Assembly (NCBI GenBank): GCA_963715335.1
Contig: CAVQRZ010000025.1
Coordinates: forward strand, 32,001-96,000
DNA length: 64,000 bases
Origin: an uncultured delta proteobacterium
GTDB taxonomy: Bacteria; Desulfobacterota; Desulfuromonadia; Desulfuromonadales; BM103
Direction of reading: 5' to 3'
The translations under genes and the position numbers were made by a program. Below the pieces are notes generated by a model, which was given only the letters and a program-made list of their open reading frames with translations, searched no databases and was not told the origin of the DNA. Position 1 is the stretch's first letter; each line of letters begins with the position of its first letter. This document shows positions 63,276-64,000 of the stretch, in pieces.

Positions 63276-64000
63276 ATGAAAGTCGGAATCGTCGGTTGGC
63301 GGGGAATGGTCGGTTCGGTACTTATGCAACGCATGCAGGAAGAAAAGGACCTGGCCGGTCTGGAGCCGGTCTTTTTCTCAACTTCCCAGGCTGGACAGAA
63401 AGCCCCAATGGGCGCAGGCTCTCTCAAGCACGCTGATGACATAGCAGAACTCAGTAAGCTCGATGTCATCATCACCTGTCAGGGCGGCGATTACACCAAG
63501 GCCGTGCATCCGCAACTGCGCGAGGGCGGCTGGAACGGTTACTGGATTGACGCTGCCAGCTCCCTGCGCATGGAGGATGACGCGGTGATTATCCTTGATC
63601 CAGTGAATCGCAACGTCATCGATGATGCCCTGGCCAGGGGAGTCAAGGACTTTATCGGCGGCAACTGTACCGTCAGTCTGATGTTGATGGCAATGGGTGG
63701 CCTGTTTCGCGCGGGCCTGGTGGAGTGGATCTCTTCGATGACATACCAGGCGGCCTCCGGAGCAGGGGCACCGAATATGCGCGAACTGTTGAGCCAGATG
63801 GGGGTTCTGGAAGGATCTGTTGCAGATCTTTTAAGTGACCCCGGCTCGGCGATTCTCGACATCGATCAGAAAGTCACCGAGATGCTTCGTGGCAATCAGC
63901 TGCCGACCAGCGAGTTTGGTTATCCTCTTGCGGGGAGCCTGCTCCCCTGGATTGACCGTGAGGTTGAAGACGGCCAGAGCCGGGAAGAGTGGAAAGGCTA
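63276..64000 (+). CDS. asd: Aspartate-semialdehyde dehydrogenase, 5' part, runs off window
   Basis: Hand translation [56 protein letters not shown]; absent from the ORF track because no stop lies in the window. Confidence 0.97.
   Translation, partial: MKVGIVGWRGMVGSVLMQRMQEEKDLAGLEPVFFSTSQAGQKAPMGAGSLKHADDIAELSKLDVIITCQGGDYTKAVHPQLREGGWNGYWIDAASSLRMEDDAVIILDPVNRNVIDDALARGVKDFIGGNCTVSLMLMAMGGLFRAGLVEWISSMTYQAASGAGAPNMRELLSQMGVLEGSVADLLSDPGSAILDIDQKVTEMLRGNQLPTSEFGYPLAGSLLPWIDREVEDGQSREEWKG

Noticed and set aside
63276..64000. Enterobacterial-type asd as a recent transfer
   Set aside because: From recall leuB followed by this asd type also occurs in related genomes; no compositional anomaly.

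Overview
A 64-kb, gene-dense bacterial core-genome segment. Gene order and a leucine T-box before leuA point to a Desulfuromonadales (Desulfobacterota/deltaproteobacterial) chromosome; this is inferred, not searched. In order it holds: the 3' end of ptsI; a SAM-cycle cluster (metK, GT2, PaaI, sahR-like, ahcY); lptFG; rpsB-tsf-pyrH-frr-uppS-cdsA-dxr-rseP-tsaB; ilvD-ilvBN-ilvC-psd-pssA, a T-box, leuA and leuCD; a ~4-kb accessory block (pseudopilin, zinc-ribbon membrane protein, chemoreceptor) broken by many single-base insertions; ndk-rlmN-mtnP-pfkB-(tgl/pilF)-rodZ; signalling genes; yhaM, coaBC, udg, fetAB-like, mscS and a sigma54 activator; pyc; livKHMGF; leuB; and the 5' part of asd. I found no rRNA, tRNA, CRISPR array, IS or prophage. 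The most interesting signals are small and absent from, or mis-called in, the ORF track: (1) a 38-aa Leu-rich ORF between the T-box terminator and leuA, coupled to leuA by TAATG and enclosed by a 9-bp helix; (2) a 47-aa ferredoxin-like ORF lacking the first Cys of both cluster motifs; (3) a probable AUU start for cdsA; (4) tandem hairpins between leuA and leuC; (5) a ~130-bp almost pure A/T tract before leuB. All product names come from motif recognition by eye.
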